In this document: positions 43,314 to 57,172 of the stretch, piece by piece | Layout of the letters: each line of letters begins with the position of its first letter | Position numbering within the stretch: the stretch's first letter is position 1 | Assembly: GCF_009914755.1 (NCBI RefSeq) | Contig: NC_060926.1 | DNA length: 64,000 nucleotides | Reading direction: 5' to 3' (one strand) | Source of the DNA: the human T2T-CHM13v2.0 reference genome, Homo sapiens | Notes under the pieces: generated by a model | Told to the model about the DNA's origin: nothing | The model's database searches: none | Seen by the model: only the letters and a program-made list of their open reading frames with translations | Position numbers and translations under genes: made by a program

Positions 43314-45529
43314 CTTGAACTGATGTGTGTGTTTACTGAGCTTTCTCCGCAGCCTGCTCCGGCAGCTCCAAAATGGCATTTCAGGAATTGAATTACCGAC
43401 ATTTCAGTACTTGCGGAATCCAGGAATAGATTATTTGATTGTATCTGTTGGAAGTCATTGCCGTAACTGGCTTCGTTTTCTTCACCAACATCTAAACCGA
43501 GTGGGGAGGGACAGCAGGAGAATGCTGTGGTGACTTGATTTTCCCAAAAGCACATCTCCCAAGCTGGCGGCAGCCGATGGCGTTGCCCTGTGACTGGGGG
43601 AAGCCTGAGGACTCACGGTCGCCTCAGGCTGGCCACCTTCGCACTGGAACCTGCCCATCACATCAAGGAGCCCTCTCAGGCTGAAAACCCTGTGCCGGGG
43701 TGGCTGCAGCAACACAAGGATTCCCCTCCAGCTCTGTGATGTGGGGAGCAGAGGGCCACTGAGTCCTGCCATGTGAGTCACATGATGCCCGTGGCCTGAT
43801 TTCTGTGCCCCCATCTTGCCTCTTAGAGTTTGTTGACCTCAGGGCTCACATATCCCTTGTAAGGGGTTGTGATGGCTTCCACGGCCATCATGGCTAGTTA
43901 GGATTTTCCTCCAGCCCTTGAGGAATTCTCTCGGGATTTTTTCTGGCCTTGCCTGTCTGCAGAATCCATAGAGGACCTACAGGAATGTCTGCCTCTGAGT
44001 CCATAGTACTTGCAGGCCTGGGAGGCTGGATCAAGGTGGATGTTGACACTTGGTGGGGCCGGAGCCCTGGCTTCCTGGCTGCCTCATAGCTCAGGCCCGT
44101 TTGACAGCATTTGTGAGCACCTGTCCCAGGCAGGAGCAAGTTCAACAGCAGCAAGGGCTCCAGGCAGAGGGAGGTGGGCTCTGATGGGACTCAGGGGCAG
44201 CCTAAATGTAGCAGAGAACTGAGAGGGGATCCCTGAGGCCTTCTTGGAGGAGGTGGTGGTTAAGCCAGCTAACTTTGTCCATTGGAAACTGTCACCAGGT
44301 CCTTATTAATCAAATAATAATGAATATGCCGTGTTCGGATCCACTAGGGAAAGCTGAAATTGAGCTCAAAGGAGGCATAGAAGTTCAGCTTGTAATTTTG
44401 AAAAAGGAAAAGGCTCTGGCCTCATTAGGCTGCCCCCAGTGTGTCCTTGAGACCTCCTTACTCCTTGAGATGTGCTTCTTAACGTTTTGGAAAAAACAAC
44501 TTTCTCCTTCTATACTTAGCCCTTATCTCAATGTGCAGGCGCCTACCTGGCCCACTTATCTTCAAGAAATGTGCTGGGTTAGGCCTCAGGAGTGGCAGGC
44601 ACATAGATACTGTATTTGGCCTTGGCCTTCTGCCCAAGTGGAGTCTCCGCATTCCTTTGTATGGGCCCATTGGGCATGCCTGGCTAATCTGCGCACCCTC
44701 TTTCCACTCTCCTTCCTGCATTTCTCCTTCCCTTCAGTAGTGGCTCCCTTCCCATTCCCCAAATCGCCTCTGCTTTTATCTTCTTCCAATCGAATTCCCG
44801 TCAGTCGTGGAGCAGGTGGGACACCTGTGTATGTTGCGGGGGCACAGAGAAGCAGCCTGTGCTCACCCATGCCTGCCTGCAGGTGCATGCTTGGGACTTG
44901 GCAGTGGGGGAAGATTTTGGGGTTAGGATTTCCAGGCTGGCTTGACACTGACCTGTTTTGTTCCAACCCATACAAGCCCTAAACCCTCATGTGCAGATCC
45001 TGCTGGCTCTCTGGGGAACACTTAGTTGGATGCAGGTAGGAAGAGGCTTCAAGGAGCAGAGGAGGGGCTGGCTGAGGGCCAGCCACTTTGTCTGGTCCCC
45101 AGAGCGGGGTCTAACATGTGGGAACTGAGCAGCAACTGTGAGCTAGCCCTCAGGCAAGGCTGCCCCATGATGCCAGGGCACATAGGGCAGACTCCAGATG
45201 ATGGGGCCACTGCTGGCATTGGCCTTTTGCAGGGCACAGGAGTCTGCCAGGGGTGTGTTTTGGAGCCACCCATACAGGTGTACCAGCTTTTGGAAAATCC
45301 CAAAGATGTGGTGCCCTGCTCCTGGGGGTCTTGGGGGCTCCCAGGTAGCAACAGCGTTCTGGGAGGACGTGGGCTCAAATTCCAACTTTTCTACCAGGTT
45401 TTGGCTATCCTTCATCCCCGTGGGGCTCAGTTTCCTCATCTCCAAGCTAAGGGGGCCCACCTAAAGTTGTCACAGAATTGGACGTGTGACGGGGCAGCCC
45501 CCTTCACCTGTGGGATCCGAGGCAGAGCT

Positions 45530-45638
45530 GGCACCTCCAGGCTGTGGGTCCAGTGACCCGGCATGGAGCCAGCAAACAGAGGAGGCACCTCCAGGCTGCA
45601 GGGTCCAGTGACCTGGCATGGAGCAAACAGAGGAGGCC
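45530..45638. repeat. ~54-bp tandem duplication x2
   Basis: ggcacctccaggctg...ggtccagtgacc.ggcatggagc at 45530 and 45584. Confidence 0.88.
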
Positions 45639-45974
45639 AGTGGGCAGGTGGGTGTTACCAGGGCCTGGAGCAGCAGGGGTGGAGCCCTGGGGCCAGGCAG
45701 GGCGGGTTTGGGGTGGCATGTGGTTTGTTGTGGCCCTGTCATTTGCAGTTTGGGTTAGTGGGTCTGGCTGGCCACCGGGGTTGGAGGGGAATGCCAGTGG
45801 GACTATACATTGTCTCCTTGGAGGTGACTGTGCCCCCAGAACTGAGTGGACAAGCCAGGCTTGTGTCCACACCTGCCCCCGTCTTTTACCCTCTTCTGGC
45901 TCTCCTCCAAGAAGAGCTTTTCCTAAATCATTCGCCCTGTTCACCTGGGCTTTGAGGCCCCAGGTGTAGGCCCA

Positions 45975-46001
45975 GGGGGTGGGGTGGGGTGGGGTGGGGG
46001 G
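45975..46001 (+). repeat. (GGGGT)n potential G-quadruplex
   Basis: Five G-runs of at least 4 with 1-nt loops. Confidence 0.8.
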
Positions 46002-46989
46002 ATGGTCTCTGACTGGATAGCCCCACCTGGGTAGGAAGCCCCCAGTGTGGCCCCACCTTGGCTGTGACCTGGGGGTCCTGCAGAGTCCTGTGTCCTGTTG
46101 CAGTGAGGGGTCAGTCAGTGGGAAGAGTGGACAATTAGGAGACACCATGTCTGTCTCCTCGACGCCAGTCAACACTGTTGCCTTTGTTCCCAGGGCAGCC
46201 TTCCCCTTGCCTTCCATTCCAAACTCCTCCTCCTCCCTCTAAGATTCCCTATTCACCTCCTAGAGGAGGCCACCTGAGTGTCAGCCAGGCACTGGACCTG
46301 GGCCTGCCCGGAAAGGTCCCTGGGCCTGGTGTGCTCCAAGAACCTCGCTGTCAGGGGTCAGCGTGCCATGGAGGATAGGGAGAGGCATGTGCCCTTGGGG
46401 ACGTCTGGCTTTGTCCGGGGGGTTTTCTGCTGCTCACTGGCTTCAGGTCAGGGCTTGGCTCTGTGCTGCAGCCTTAAGCCAGCGGGCCCAACCGCCTCCT
46501 CCAGGCCCGCCAGCGCCTCAGATGTTTCTCTCCTTCTTAGAGGGTGTTTCACATCCTTTCTTTTGTTTGCCCTGATTATTTTTGCAGATGAAGGAATACA
46601 CACAATGGTCATCTTTGTCTTATTTGAAAGCCAAACACGTTGCTTACACGTTGGGTGCACAGTGAATATGTATCAGTCCAGCGCTTTTCACCATCTGGTC
46701 TGGTTTTAGTGTTGCTTTATTTCTGGTCATTCCTCAATCGGGGCTAAAGATCAGAAAAATCGCATCTCCAGGTCCTGAGCCATGGCGAGGAAGCTGGGTG
46801 GTGCCCTGTGCTGTGCGGCTAAGGTGGGGGACGAGGGTTGTCGGTGGGGGAAGCCCCATGGGGGCCCACTGGAGTCATAGGAGCGAATGGAGCACCCACT
46901 CCATGCCTTCTGTCAATTACAAAGCACCTATTATGTCCCGGATACTGTGTCCAACACAGTGGACACATTGATGGGTAAGGCATAATCCC

Positions 46990-47105
46990 CCCCAGGAGCT
47001 CCCAGTTGGATCGAGGAGGCAGACAGGCGAGCGTATGGCTGTGACACCCCCAGCAACTCCCAGTTGGATCGGGGAGGCGGACAGGCGAGCGTATGGCTGT
47101 GACAC
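46990..47105. repeat. 58-bp tandem duplication x2
   Basis: cccagttggatcg...acaggcgagcgtatggctgtgacac at 47001 and 47059. Confidence 0.92.
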
Positions 47106-50100
47106 AGTGGGGCAAGTGGCGTCACCAAGGCAGAACCCAGCAGCCGGGGCCTGAAGCCCCCACACCCAGCTGCAGCCTTCCCGAAACAGCTGAGATCAGC
47201 CTGGAGAGCTCTTCCTCCCTGCCTGCCCGGAGGGTGGCGTGGGTCCCATCGCTCTCCGTCAGCCACGGCCAGAGCACACCTGTGCTGCTCCTCAGCAGGG
47301 CATCACCTGTGGAGACGGTGACAGCTGTTCCTGTTCCCTGCCCCAAGGACAGGATCTGGAGCCTGTGGGTGTGTAAGGAGCCAACTCCCTGACCCCAAAA
47401 CTGTGGCCAGTTCTGGAGAAGGTGGCCAGGCTCTGGGTCCCGGGACTGCGGCCCCCCTCCTGCCTCTAAAGCCCCTCTTCTGGCCTCCATGACTTCAGCC
47501 CCTCCTGCCCCCAGAAGGAGGGATCAGCCCTACAAGGGACCCAAGAGAGGGAGCCTCACACACAGGCGCTGCCTGACTCTCCTCCAAGCTGGCCTGAGCC
47601 CTGGGCAGTGTTCTGAGGCTCAGCCACACGGCTGTGCAGGGCGGGTGAGAGTGGCAGCCTGAGAGCTGCGACCCGGGGCCGGGGTTTTCCTGGAGCAGCA
47701 GGAGGGATGAGTTGGGTTTCTGTAACTACAAGGGCCAAGAAGAGGGAGAGGATGATCTGGGAAGGAGAGTGGCTTTGGGCCAGCATTTGGGCCAGCAGGA
47801 CTCGGAGGCGAGGGAGGTGGTAAGATCCCTTGCTTGGGATGAGAGGCAGATGGGGAAACTGAGGCTTGGAGCAGAGGGAGGGGCAGGGCCTGGGCCCCCA
47901 GCAGGTCCCAGTTCATGATGGCATGCTGCTTCTGCATGAGTGAGACATGAGGGGGTCACAGACGCCCGGAAGCATCGGCATCATCAGATCATCCGACTCG
48001 ATAATAGAAAAATTAAAATTTAAAGTCACTGAAAGTGACGAGTGACAGAAATGTTCCTAGAAACTGGAGATTGGGTGCTCAGCGGATCTCAGGATAGATG
48101 ATATCAGACACAACGTCCCCTGGGCTGAGGTTTTTTTTTGTTTTTTGTTTTTTTATGTTTCAGAATTCTAAGGCAAGGATGAAAGTCTTCTCTATTCTTG
48201 AGGTGCTGGGGTTCCTCAGCCTCCACCGTCCAGCCTCGAGCAGCTGCCCCCTCTCACCTGCTCCTCAGCCTTCTGGAACAGACAGGCCCCCCACAGCAGC
48301 CCAGCCCAGGCCACCAGCACCACCCCCAGAGGTTTATGCCATCTTCATGCAGTGGGAGGCTCAGCCCCCACACTGGGACCTGTCCACTTTAGCCCCAAGG
48401 ATCTTACCAAGGTCAAATCTTTGGAACTCAGGGTCTTTGGGAACTTCTGGGCCAGACAACCCGGCCATCACAGGGGCTTCTGCGGGGTTGGCTTTATGAT
48501 GCATTTGGGTCAGGAGGTCTGTTTTTATCCTTTGGGCCTCTGGGAAAGTCCGTCCTGGCCAAGTCCTCTGTCCCCTAGTCTCATGGCTGGCTGGCCCTGG
48601 AGCTCGGGTGGCCTGGCCCGGCCCGCCTGCTTCCCCACAGGCAGCGGCTCTTGCTTCTGCTGCCTGCAGTGCTCCAGATGCTGCAGGCTCCTTCCTTCCT
48701 TCAGGGCATCCTAAGTCCCCCGAGTCTCGAATCCCCAGTCTCAGCTGAGTCCTCGAGGTCAGTGGGGCAGAACGCCAGAGCCCTGGGACAACGGGCTGCA
48801 TAAAACACTTATTTTAATTATAAGAGTGATGTAAGAACATATCAGAAAATTGGCAAAATACAGGGCAAAAAAAAAAAAAAATCACTGGTGGTCGCCTTCT
48901 CACACAGTCACACACAGTGGTGTGCAGCCTTCTGGCTTTTGGTTGCTTTGTTGCAGTATTGGCACCTGCGTTACAAGATTTTGTGTTGACCATTCTTGTT
49001 CTTGCTGTGGTCTTTAAGGTTTACAGCGACAGCTGTTCCTCTTCAGGATGCAAGGAGACCGAGCCTGCCTGCCCTCAGGGAGCTGACGGTCCAGCAGGAG
49101 GCATCCTGTCTGCAGGGCCCATGCGGGGGACAGGGCAAGAGGTGCGGTGGAACCAGACCTTGCCCTCCAGAAATGCAGGGAGACAGACACGGGCGTATTT
49201 AATTCAACTATAGCATGTGGTTCTGAGAAGGCTTCTTGGAAAGGGCCTGGGGTTGAGCTGGGCACCAGCAGGGAGGTCTCAGAGTGGAGGCGGCAGTTCC
49301 ACCCCACGGTGTAGAGGAGGCGCCCTGATCACTGCCTTTCAGCCGTGGCCCTGCCTGTAATCTTATCCTTTTTGTTGATTGTTGTTGGCTGATGTTGGCT
49401 GTTGCTGTGTCCTCCACCAGAGTGGAGAACTCCCTGGGGCCGGACCCCTTGTCCTTATTCACCCAGAGAATAGGTGCCTTAAAATACTGACTGGACAGAA
49501 GGAGGAAGAGATGGGTTGGGGGGCCGTGTCATGGAAGAATTCCTTGGGCCAGCCGCAGAGGAGTAGGCCTTGGCAGGGAGCTGGGAGCCTGGAGGGGAGC
49601 TGAAGACCTCTCCCATAGTCAGCTGCCTTTAGGGAAGAAATACTAGAAAGTCACAGAAGAGAAAAGAGGCGGGGAAGGGGAGGAAAGCATTTCCACCCAC
49701 AGTCCTGTCGGGAGAGGTAACATTTTGGAGTACAGTGTGCCCTGCCCCAGCAGGCCCTGGCTGGATGCATATTCCTATAGATATAATTCTATAAGTGAGA
49801 TCATTCCATATCTACTATTTTACAACCTGTTTTTGTTTTTTGTTTTTTCCACTTAGCAACACTTTGTTCTTACCTAGAATTCACCAGGCAGGACAGGGCT
49901 GATGAGGGAGCCCCTCCCACCTGGACACTCAGTGGCCCCTCCCAGGACTCGGGGCTTTCCTGGGGGCCTCAGCTGTGGAGCAACAGCTCCCTGTGCATCA
50001 GAGCCGTGGGGGAGGGGGGCCAGGGGGCATAGGTACGACCACCACTCCCATTTCGTGTCCTTTAGGAAGCTTGAAGAAAAGTGGTTAGCCAAGAACACAA

Positions 50101-50119
50101 ATTACGGTGATGTTGTTTG

Positions 50120-50360
50120 CAGTGTGGCGTGTTGGGTTAACATAAACTCTGAAGTCAGAATTGACATCAATTTGAGCCCAGATCATCCTGTTAGCAGCTG
50201 TGTGGCCTGGGACAGGGTGCTTACCTTCCAGACTTTAGTTCCCTCACTGTACAACAGGGACAGGGATCATACCTTTCTCTGAGAGTTGAAGGAAGAAGTG
50301 AAACCAAACACAGCCCCATGACAGCCCCTTATGCATGGTAGGCACTCAGCAGGTGCTGGC
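50120..50360 (+). mobile_element. MIR
   Basis: 'ctctgaagtcaga...tttgagccca...agctgtgtggcctgggacagggtgcttacc'. Confidence 0.7.
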
Positions 50361-50454
50361 TCCCTTACGGCCCGAAGGAATTGATTGACAAACTCTCAAA
50401 TTAATGACATAATTCAAGAGAGTAGCTGCGGAGACAATAAATAATTATAGTAGC

Positions 50455-50833
50455 TGATGTGGTTTGGATGCGTGTCCCCTCCAAGTCCATGTTGAAATGT
50501 GATCCCCAGCATTGCAGGAGGGGTCTGGTGGGAGTTGATTGGATCAGGGGGGCAGATTCCTCATGAATGGCTTGGGCCATCCCCCTGGTGATGAGTGAGC
50601 AATTTGGTCGATTAAAAGAGTGTGTCACCTCCCTATTCTTTTGTTCCCACTCTTGCCATGTGACACGTTGGCTCCCCATCGCCTCCCACCATGATCGTAA
50701 GCTACACCAGAAGCAGATGCTGGCACCACGCTTCCTGTACAGGCTGCAGAACTGTGAGCCAATTAAGACACTTTTCTTTATAAATTCCCCAGTCTCAGGT
50801 ACTCCTTTGTAATAATGCAAACAGACTAACACA
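50455..50833 (+). mobile_element. MST (MaLR) solo LTR, MSTB-like
   Basis: TGATGTGGTTTGGATG...CAGACTAACACA; 5-bp TSD gtagc/ttagc. Confidence 0.88.
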
Positions 50834-50900
50834 TTAGCCATAGCCATTTATTAACATAATTTTGAAAGATTTCAGTCTTGTGCTGAAATTGTTATGTTGA

Positions 50901-51345
<445 letters not shown>

Positions 51346-51387
51346 TAAACAGAACATTTTTACATACTGTATTGTAACAGTATATAA

Positions 51388-51584
51388 TACAATACATACC
51401 GTATTGTATTGTGTGTAGTACAATACATAGCGTATTGTATTGTGTGTAGTACAATACATACCGTATTGTATTGTGTGTAGTACAATACATAGCGTATTGT
51501 ATTGTGTGTAGTACAATACATACCGTATTGTATTGTGTGTAGTACAATACATACCGTATTGTATTGTGTGTAGTACAATACATG
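51388..51584. repeat. Minisatellite, 31-bp unit TACAATACATA(C/G)CGTATTGTATTGTGTGTAG, 6.3 copies
   Basis: Unit starts at 51388, 51419, 51450, 51481, 51512, 51543, 51574. Confidence 0.97.
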
Positions 51585-52929
51585 TATGTAATACAATACA
51601 TACTGTATTGTATTAATCAGATATGTTGTCCTGTGTTATTAAAATCATCCCTTGTGGCCCAAATTTGAAGGCAGTACTCTGTTCCTGGGTGTGCACCGTT
51701 AACTTCTTTAATGAACATCCTGCTGTTCAATAGTGAGGCTGCATCCTTCTAGAAAGCGCTGTTGAGAGGTGTGAGGAGGCTGCCACGCAGGCCGCGCCGC
51801 CCCGAATGGCAGGTGGAAGGCGGCTGAGTGGAGCCGCAGCAAATGCAACCCTGCCCCCGAGCCAGGCCCCAGGCTGCACCTTTCCACTGCTTCACACCAG
51901 CAGTGCTTTACCTGGAAAGGTGTCTGGACAGTGCTTGCAAAGGTAACTGGCATTCTGCCGGCTGCTCAACTCTGTGGACACCAGTGCAGTCAACAACTCT
52001 CACTCGCCGCGGGCACCTGCTGTGCCCACCTGCTGCCATCTGAGTGTCACGACCACACCCCCATCCCTGTCCTTTCACGCACTGTCTGCCCGCACACACT
52101 CTTCCACCCTCTGTCGGCAGGGCCCCTGCCACCTCTGAAGCCCCCTGCCAGCTCTCGGCAGCCCCCTCCTCCCCCTGGCTCCCGTGTCCTGCCCACCTCC
52201 CCACACTGGCACCTCCTGAGCAGCCCTGGCTGAGCATGCACTCTGAGGGCAGACCCTGGCCGGGCACCGAGATACAAAAGGTTATGAGGGTGTTCTCTTG
52301 AGGAACTGAGTCCAGTGTGAACAGTGAACACAGAAACATAAAGGGACACCAGAATCCCCATCCCCATCCCCAGGGTGGTGAGCCACCGAGGGGGGCCAGG
52401 CACGGGGGAGGGTATTCAAGGGCGGCAAGCCACCAAGGGGACGGGGCAGGCACAGGGAGGGCATTTCAGAGAGTGCAAGGAGGCGGCGAAGATGCTGGTT
52501 GAGGGCACGGGTGAGGCGGGGAGGCGTTTCGACTTTGGACTGAAGGCCTTAATTGACCAAGGCGGTAATTTCCAGTCCTGTGACCTCAAGACAGGCTGGA
52601 CATTGGAGGATGGGATGACACTGGCTCTTCTGGGGTAACTTGTCTGGGTTTAAGGTTCTTGATGGGGTTTAGGACATGGCGGGACCCTAAGGATGGTGCC
52701 AGCATCTGAATTCTCTGCCGTCTTGCAGAGTCAGGATTCTGCAGCTACTTGCCCAAGAAAAAGTAGAGAAAGGTGGTTTCATGTTTTTTTTTTTTTTTTT
52801 TTTTTTTACTGCTTTGAAGGGAGGTGTGGGACTCGTTTGCACACACAGTTAATATTTCCAAGGCTTGTGCAGGGCCAGACAGATTTGGTTGCAGCTGTTA
52901 GTTTTACTTCCTGTCCCGATAAAGGAGGG

Positions 52930-53298
52930 TGCTTGCCTCAGCTCTCACCTGCTGCCATAACAAAGCTCCATGGACCGGGCCGCCTAAATGCAGACACATA
53001 CTCAGCTCTGGAGGCGGGAGGTCTAGATCAGGGCGTCCGCATTGTCAGGTTCTGGGGAGGGCTCTTCCTGCTTTGCAGGTGGCTTTTTTCTCTGTGTCCT
53101 CCTGTGGAATGAGAGCAAACTATAGTCTTTTCCTCTTCTTACAAGGACACTAATACCATCATGGGGGCCTCACTCTCCTGACCTCACCGCAACCTAATTA
53201 CTTTCCAAAGGCCCCACCCCCTACCACCATCGCCCTCGGGGTTAGGGCGCCTGGGTACACATTTGAGGAGAGGGCACAGCCGTTCAGTCCATGACCAC
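52930..53298 (-). mobile_element. MLT1A-like MaLR LTR
   Basis: 'gctgccataacaaa...ctctggaggcgggaggtctagatcaggg...acaaggacactaatacc...ttcagtccatga'. Confidence 0.8.
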
Positions 53299-53606
53299 AT
53301 TGCATGTTCCAGGGAGGAACTGGAGAGAGGCTGCTGTTTGCTGGGCACCTGAGCTGGTTATAGATGTTAAATCCTCACGGTAGAAAATGTGGAAAATACA
53401 GAAACAATTATAATGCATAATCCTACAATTCAGAGATCATCACAGCAGACATATGGGTCCATTTCTTCTGGTCAGTATTCATTTACAGCGAGGCGGACAG
53501 ACTCATGCTGTAATTGAGTCATGCTATGTATTTGTTTCAGGTCCCGCTTTTTCTTTCCACTTAAGACAATATCATTCATTTCCTGTATCATTAAAAATAT
53601 TTGCAG

Positions 53607-53742
53607 TCGGGTGCGGTTGCTCCTACCTGTAATCCCAGCACTTTGTGAGGCCAAGACGGGCAGATCACTTGAGGTCAGGAGTTCGAGACCAGCCTGGCCA
53701 ACATGGTGAAACCCCCATCTCTACTAAAAATATAAAAATTTG
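53607..53742 (+). mobile_element. Alu left arm only
   Basis: Ends at the A-rich linker. Confidence 0.88.
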
Positions 53743-54139
53743 TCCACCTGGGCCAGTGCGTGATTCCGAAGACTACATTTGAAGTCCAGCCTTGCAGCTT
53801 TCCAAAAACCCGTGCCTCCCTCTTTCTGCTTGTAAATGTCCCTCACAACTGGTTTCCCAGAAAAATTGTGAGGATGAGTGAGGTGTTGCTTGTGGAAGTT
53901 ACTTTGGAGGGAAAGTGTTTGTGACACCCCATGGGTGTGGCCCATGGGGCTCCTGAGGGTGGATGGATGTGGGAGTGGACAGGCCTGGCTCCTTTTCTTG
54001 GTGGGCTGGGCTGGGCTATGAGCAGGAGCTATGGCCGTGGCTGACCCTTCTGCAATGGGAGCTGAGCAGTGGTACAGTTAGATAGCTGCGCAGATGGTCC
54101 GATGGCCCGGCCTCCAAGGCCTTGAGTGATGGGATGACC

Positions 54140-54530
54140 ATGACCACTGGATGTCTCTCAATAGGCTTTGCCTTAACCATGCCAGCAGTTCCCCCATCTG
54201 CTTTATCAGCCCTGGTATGTACATCAGATTGGCTAAGGGTGCAAAACTGGAATGCTATTAAATTCCAGAGGCTCTGGTCGCTTGAAAAGATGAGCTGAAA
54301 ATAAGATAAAATTTCACAGGGTTAAAGGCAGGCTTTGCACTCTGGTTTAAGTATAGAGTCGTCCATTCATGAGAGTATAGGTTTGGGAGACAATAGCATT
54401 GAAGAGGCTTGAGCGCACACTCAGAACCAGTGGCTCTTTCTTAGTCTGTCCATGCCGGCTATACTGCAGCCCCCCTCAACTGGAATCAGATGTGGCCCAA
54501 CCATGAATACTTTGGACAAAGCTCCCCCAA
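54140..54530 (+). mobile_element. L3/CR1 LINE relic
   Basis: 'gagctgaaaataagataaaatttcacagggttaaaggcaggctttgcactctgg...gtataggtttgggaga' resembles the CR1 RT C-terminal region. Confidence 0.55.
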
Positions 54531-55219
54531 GTCAGGCATGCCCTCTTGTTAGGGAAGGTGGATTCCTGACCTGAGTCCATCTGGAGGTCCAGGCAGGAAT
54601 TAGAACCACTTCAGAAAAGCTCTGCACAGATTTAATTGCACGAGTACCTGCGTCTCAGAGCTGCAGACTGAGCGTGTTGTGCAATTGTTGGGCGGCTTTT
54701 CCCTTGGCCACAGTAGATTCGCAATTAAGAAAAACAAATGCAGCTCTCAGTCAGAAGTGTGCAAGGTTTGCTTGGTCTGGAGACAGCAGCTTCTGTGCTC
54801 TGGGGTAGTGAGGAAGTGTGTGGGCAGGTTGGCAAATAAGCCACATGTATGTCCCCTGGGCTCAGCCCCCATCTTAGTGGGCACACCAGGGCCCACGAGA
54901 TCTGGGGACTATTTATGTAGGGTCTGCTGGGGCAGGGGTGTGGGTGGGTGTGCGCTGCTTGTGTTGTTGAATTGGGATTTTTCCAGCCAGACCAGTCTGC
55001 TGGGACAAGCCTTCTGGCTCTGGGCCAAAGGCCTCCCCAGCTGTGATCCATTCAGGCCTAGAAAGCTGGGGGTGCTGACTGCCATCACCCACTGGCCTCC
55101 ATGGTGTGTCCACAGAGGGCCACCTTCCTGCAGGGCTGAGCTACTTCTGTCTGGGTGTAGCTTCTTGTAAAGTCCCTAGCAGGGTTGCTCCCTACAACCC
55201 ACCCCTCCCCATTTTCTCT

Positions 55220-55510
55220 TTCTCTCTGCATGACTATTATTCACTCTTCAAGTCTCTGTTTAGATGTCACCTCCTCTGGGAAGCCTTCCCAGATTCCAGG
55301 TGGGGCTGGAGGCCCTTCTGCGGACTCCCCTGGCATCCTGCACTCACTCACCTATGGCACATATCATTGGCCGCAAAATCTCCTGGGCACTTATCACACT
55401 GCGGGTTCCTTGAAAACAGGAATCATTCTTGTTCTCTGCTGCATCTTAGGATGGTGACTGGCACATAGTAGGAGTCCAATTAAGAATGTTTTGAATAAGC
55501 GAAAGAGTGC
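55220..55510 (+). mobile_element. L2 3' end
   Basis: 'agatgtcacctcctctgggaagccttccc...ctggcacatagtaggagtccaattaagaatgttttgaa'. Confidence 0.75.
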
Positions 55511-56254
55511 CTAAATGAGACTTCTATTCCAGCTTGAAGACCAGCCCACCACCCTGATGAGAAAGTTCAAGTGTGGGAACCGCTGGGGATCTTGATGGCC
55601 TGGGTCCTCTGGATCAGTGCTTGTGCAGGACAGAGGCAGCCCCGGAGTTCTCATGGGGGCTGGTGAGCAGAGTGGGGCCCCAGGATGCCTGATGGCCCGG
55701 TCTGAGGTGTGCAGGTGCCCCTGAGGTGGGCACCACCCAGGAGATGCATGTATCTGTGAAATACCAGATAGGCCCTTAGTCTAAGCAAGGAGGCATCTAA
55801 GCTCCTTAAAGATTCCACAAGGATGTTACGTTGTGCTTTGAACAACAGAGACGTGGCTCTGCTGAGCCCCAGCCAAAGCTCTGCACAGGGACCTTGACTC
55901 TCCCTTCCCGCTGTGTGGCTCCAGCAAGTTTCCTCCCACCTCAGGTCTGGGTTTCCAGGCATTAAGTGACAAAGTGGATGCGACGCTCCTTCTGGACTGT
56001 AATGCGCACTGCGTGGAGATGTTCGTGTTCCAGTGTAGACAGGGCGTTGTCACATCAGGCAGGACTACAGGGACAATGTTTGTCAGCCTGTCTTCTGGGC
56101 AACTTGGGGTATCCTCCCTTTATATCACCTCCTGCCCAGGTGCTCTGCGCCGCCAGAACATCATGTCATTTGGGATCCCTGATGGCACATTTTGAGACTT
56201 TGGTTCACAGTAAAGATTGGTCCTGTGTGATCTTAAAGTAATGTGGCTTAAAAA

Positions 56255-57172
56255 CAAATGGCTGTCAGGGAATTGTAAATCAAAGCAAACACCGATGAGA
56301 ATGGCCCAAATCCAGGACACTCAGCACCAAATGCGAGGGAGGATGTGAAGCCACAGGAAGCCTCACTCACTGCTGGTGGGAACGCAAAACAGTACAGCCA
56401 CCTTGGAAGACAGTTTGACAAATCCTTAGAAAGCTAAACACACTTTTACCCTGTGATCCAACAATCATGCTCCTTGATATTTACCCAGAGGAGTTAAAAA
56501 AACTTATGTCCACACAAAAACCTGCACATGGGTGTTCATAGCGACTTTATTCACGATTATTCATAACAGCTGGAACTTGGAGGCAGCGAAGGTGTCCTTC
56601 AGCAGGTGAATGGATAAATTAGCTGTGGTGCATCCAGACAATGGAATATTATTCCACAGCACTAAGAAGAAATGAGCTAGCAAGCCATGAAAAGACATGG
56701 GGGAACTCATCTGCATATGAGTAGGTGAGAGAAGCCAATCTGAAAAGGCTATGCCTATGGAGGATTGCAACTCTATGATATCCTAGGAAAGGCAAAGCGA
56801 TGGAGATAATAAACAGATCAGTGGTTCCTACGGGTTAGGAGGGAAGGAGGGATGAGCAGGCAGAGCACAGGGCATTTTTAAGGCAGTGAAACTGCTCTGT
56901 GTGATACTGTAGTGGGGGAGCCATGTCATTGCACAGTTGTCAAAACCCATAGAATATACAGCACCAGCAGTGAGTCCTAATGTAACCTACGGACTTGGGT
57001 GATAATGACGTGTGAAGAGACAAGGCGGGTTCATCCGTTGTAACAAACAGCCACCCTGGTAGTAGGGAGGGCAGGAGGTATGTAGAGAACTCTGTGCTTT
57101 CCACGCGATTTTGCTGTGAACTAAACAGCTCTAAAAAATAAAGTTCATTAATTAAAAAAAAAAAAAAAAAAA
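56255..57172 (+). mobile_element. L1MC-like 3' end with poly(A)
   Basis: L1 3' motifs; ends ttttgctgtgaactaaacagctctaaaaaataaag plus A19 tail. Confidence 0.85.

Noticed and set aside
51388-51584. CRISPR-like palindromic 31-bp repeats
   Set aside because: Units are head-to-tail with no unique spacers, no cas genes, and a primate context
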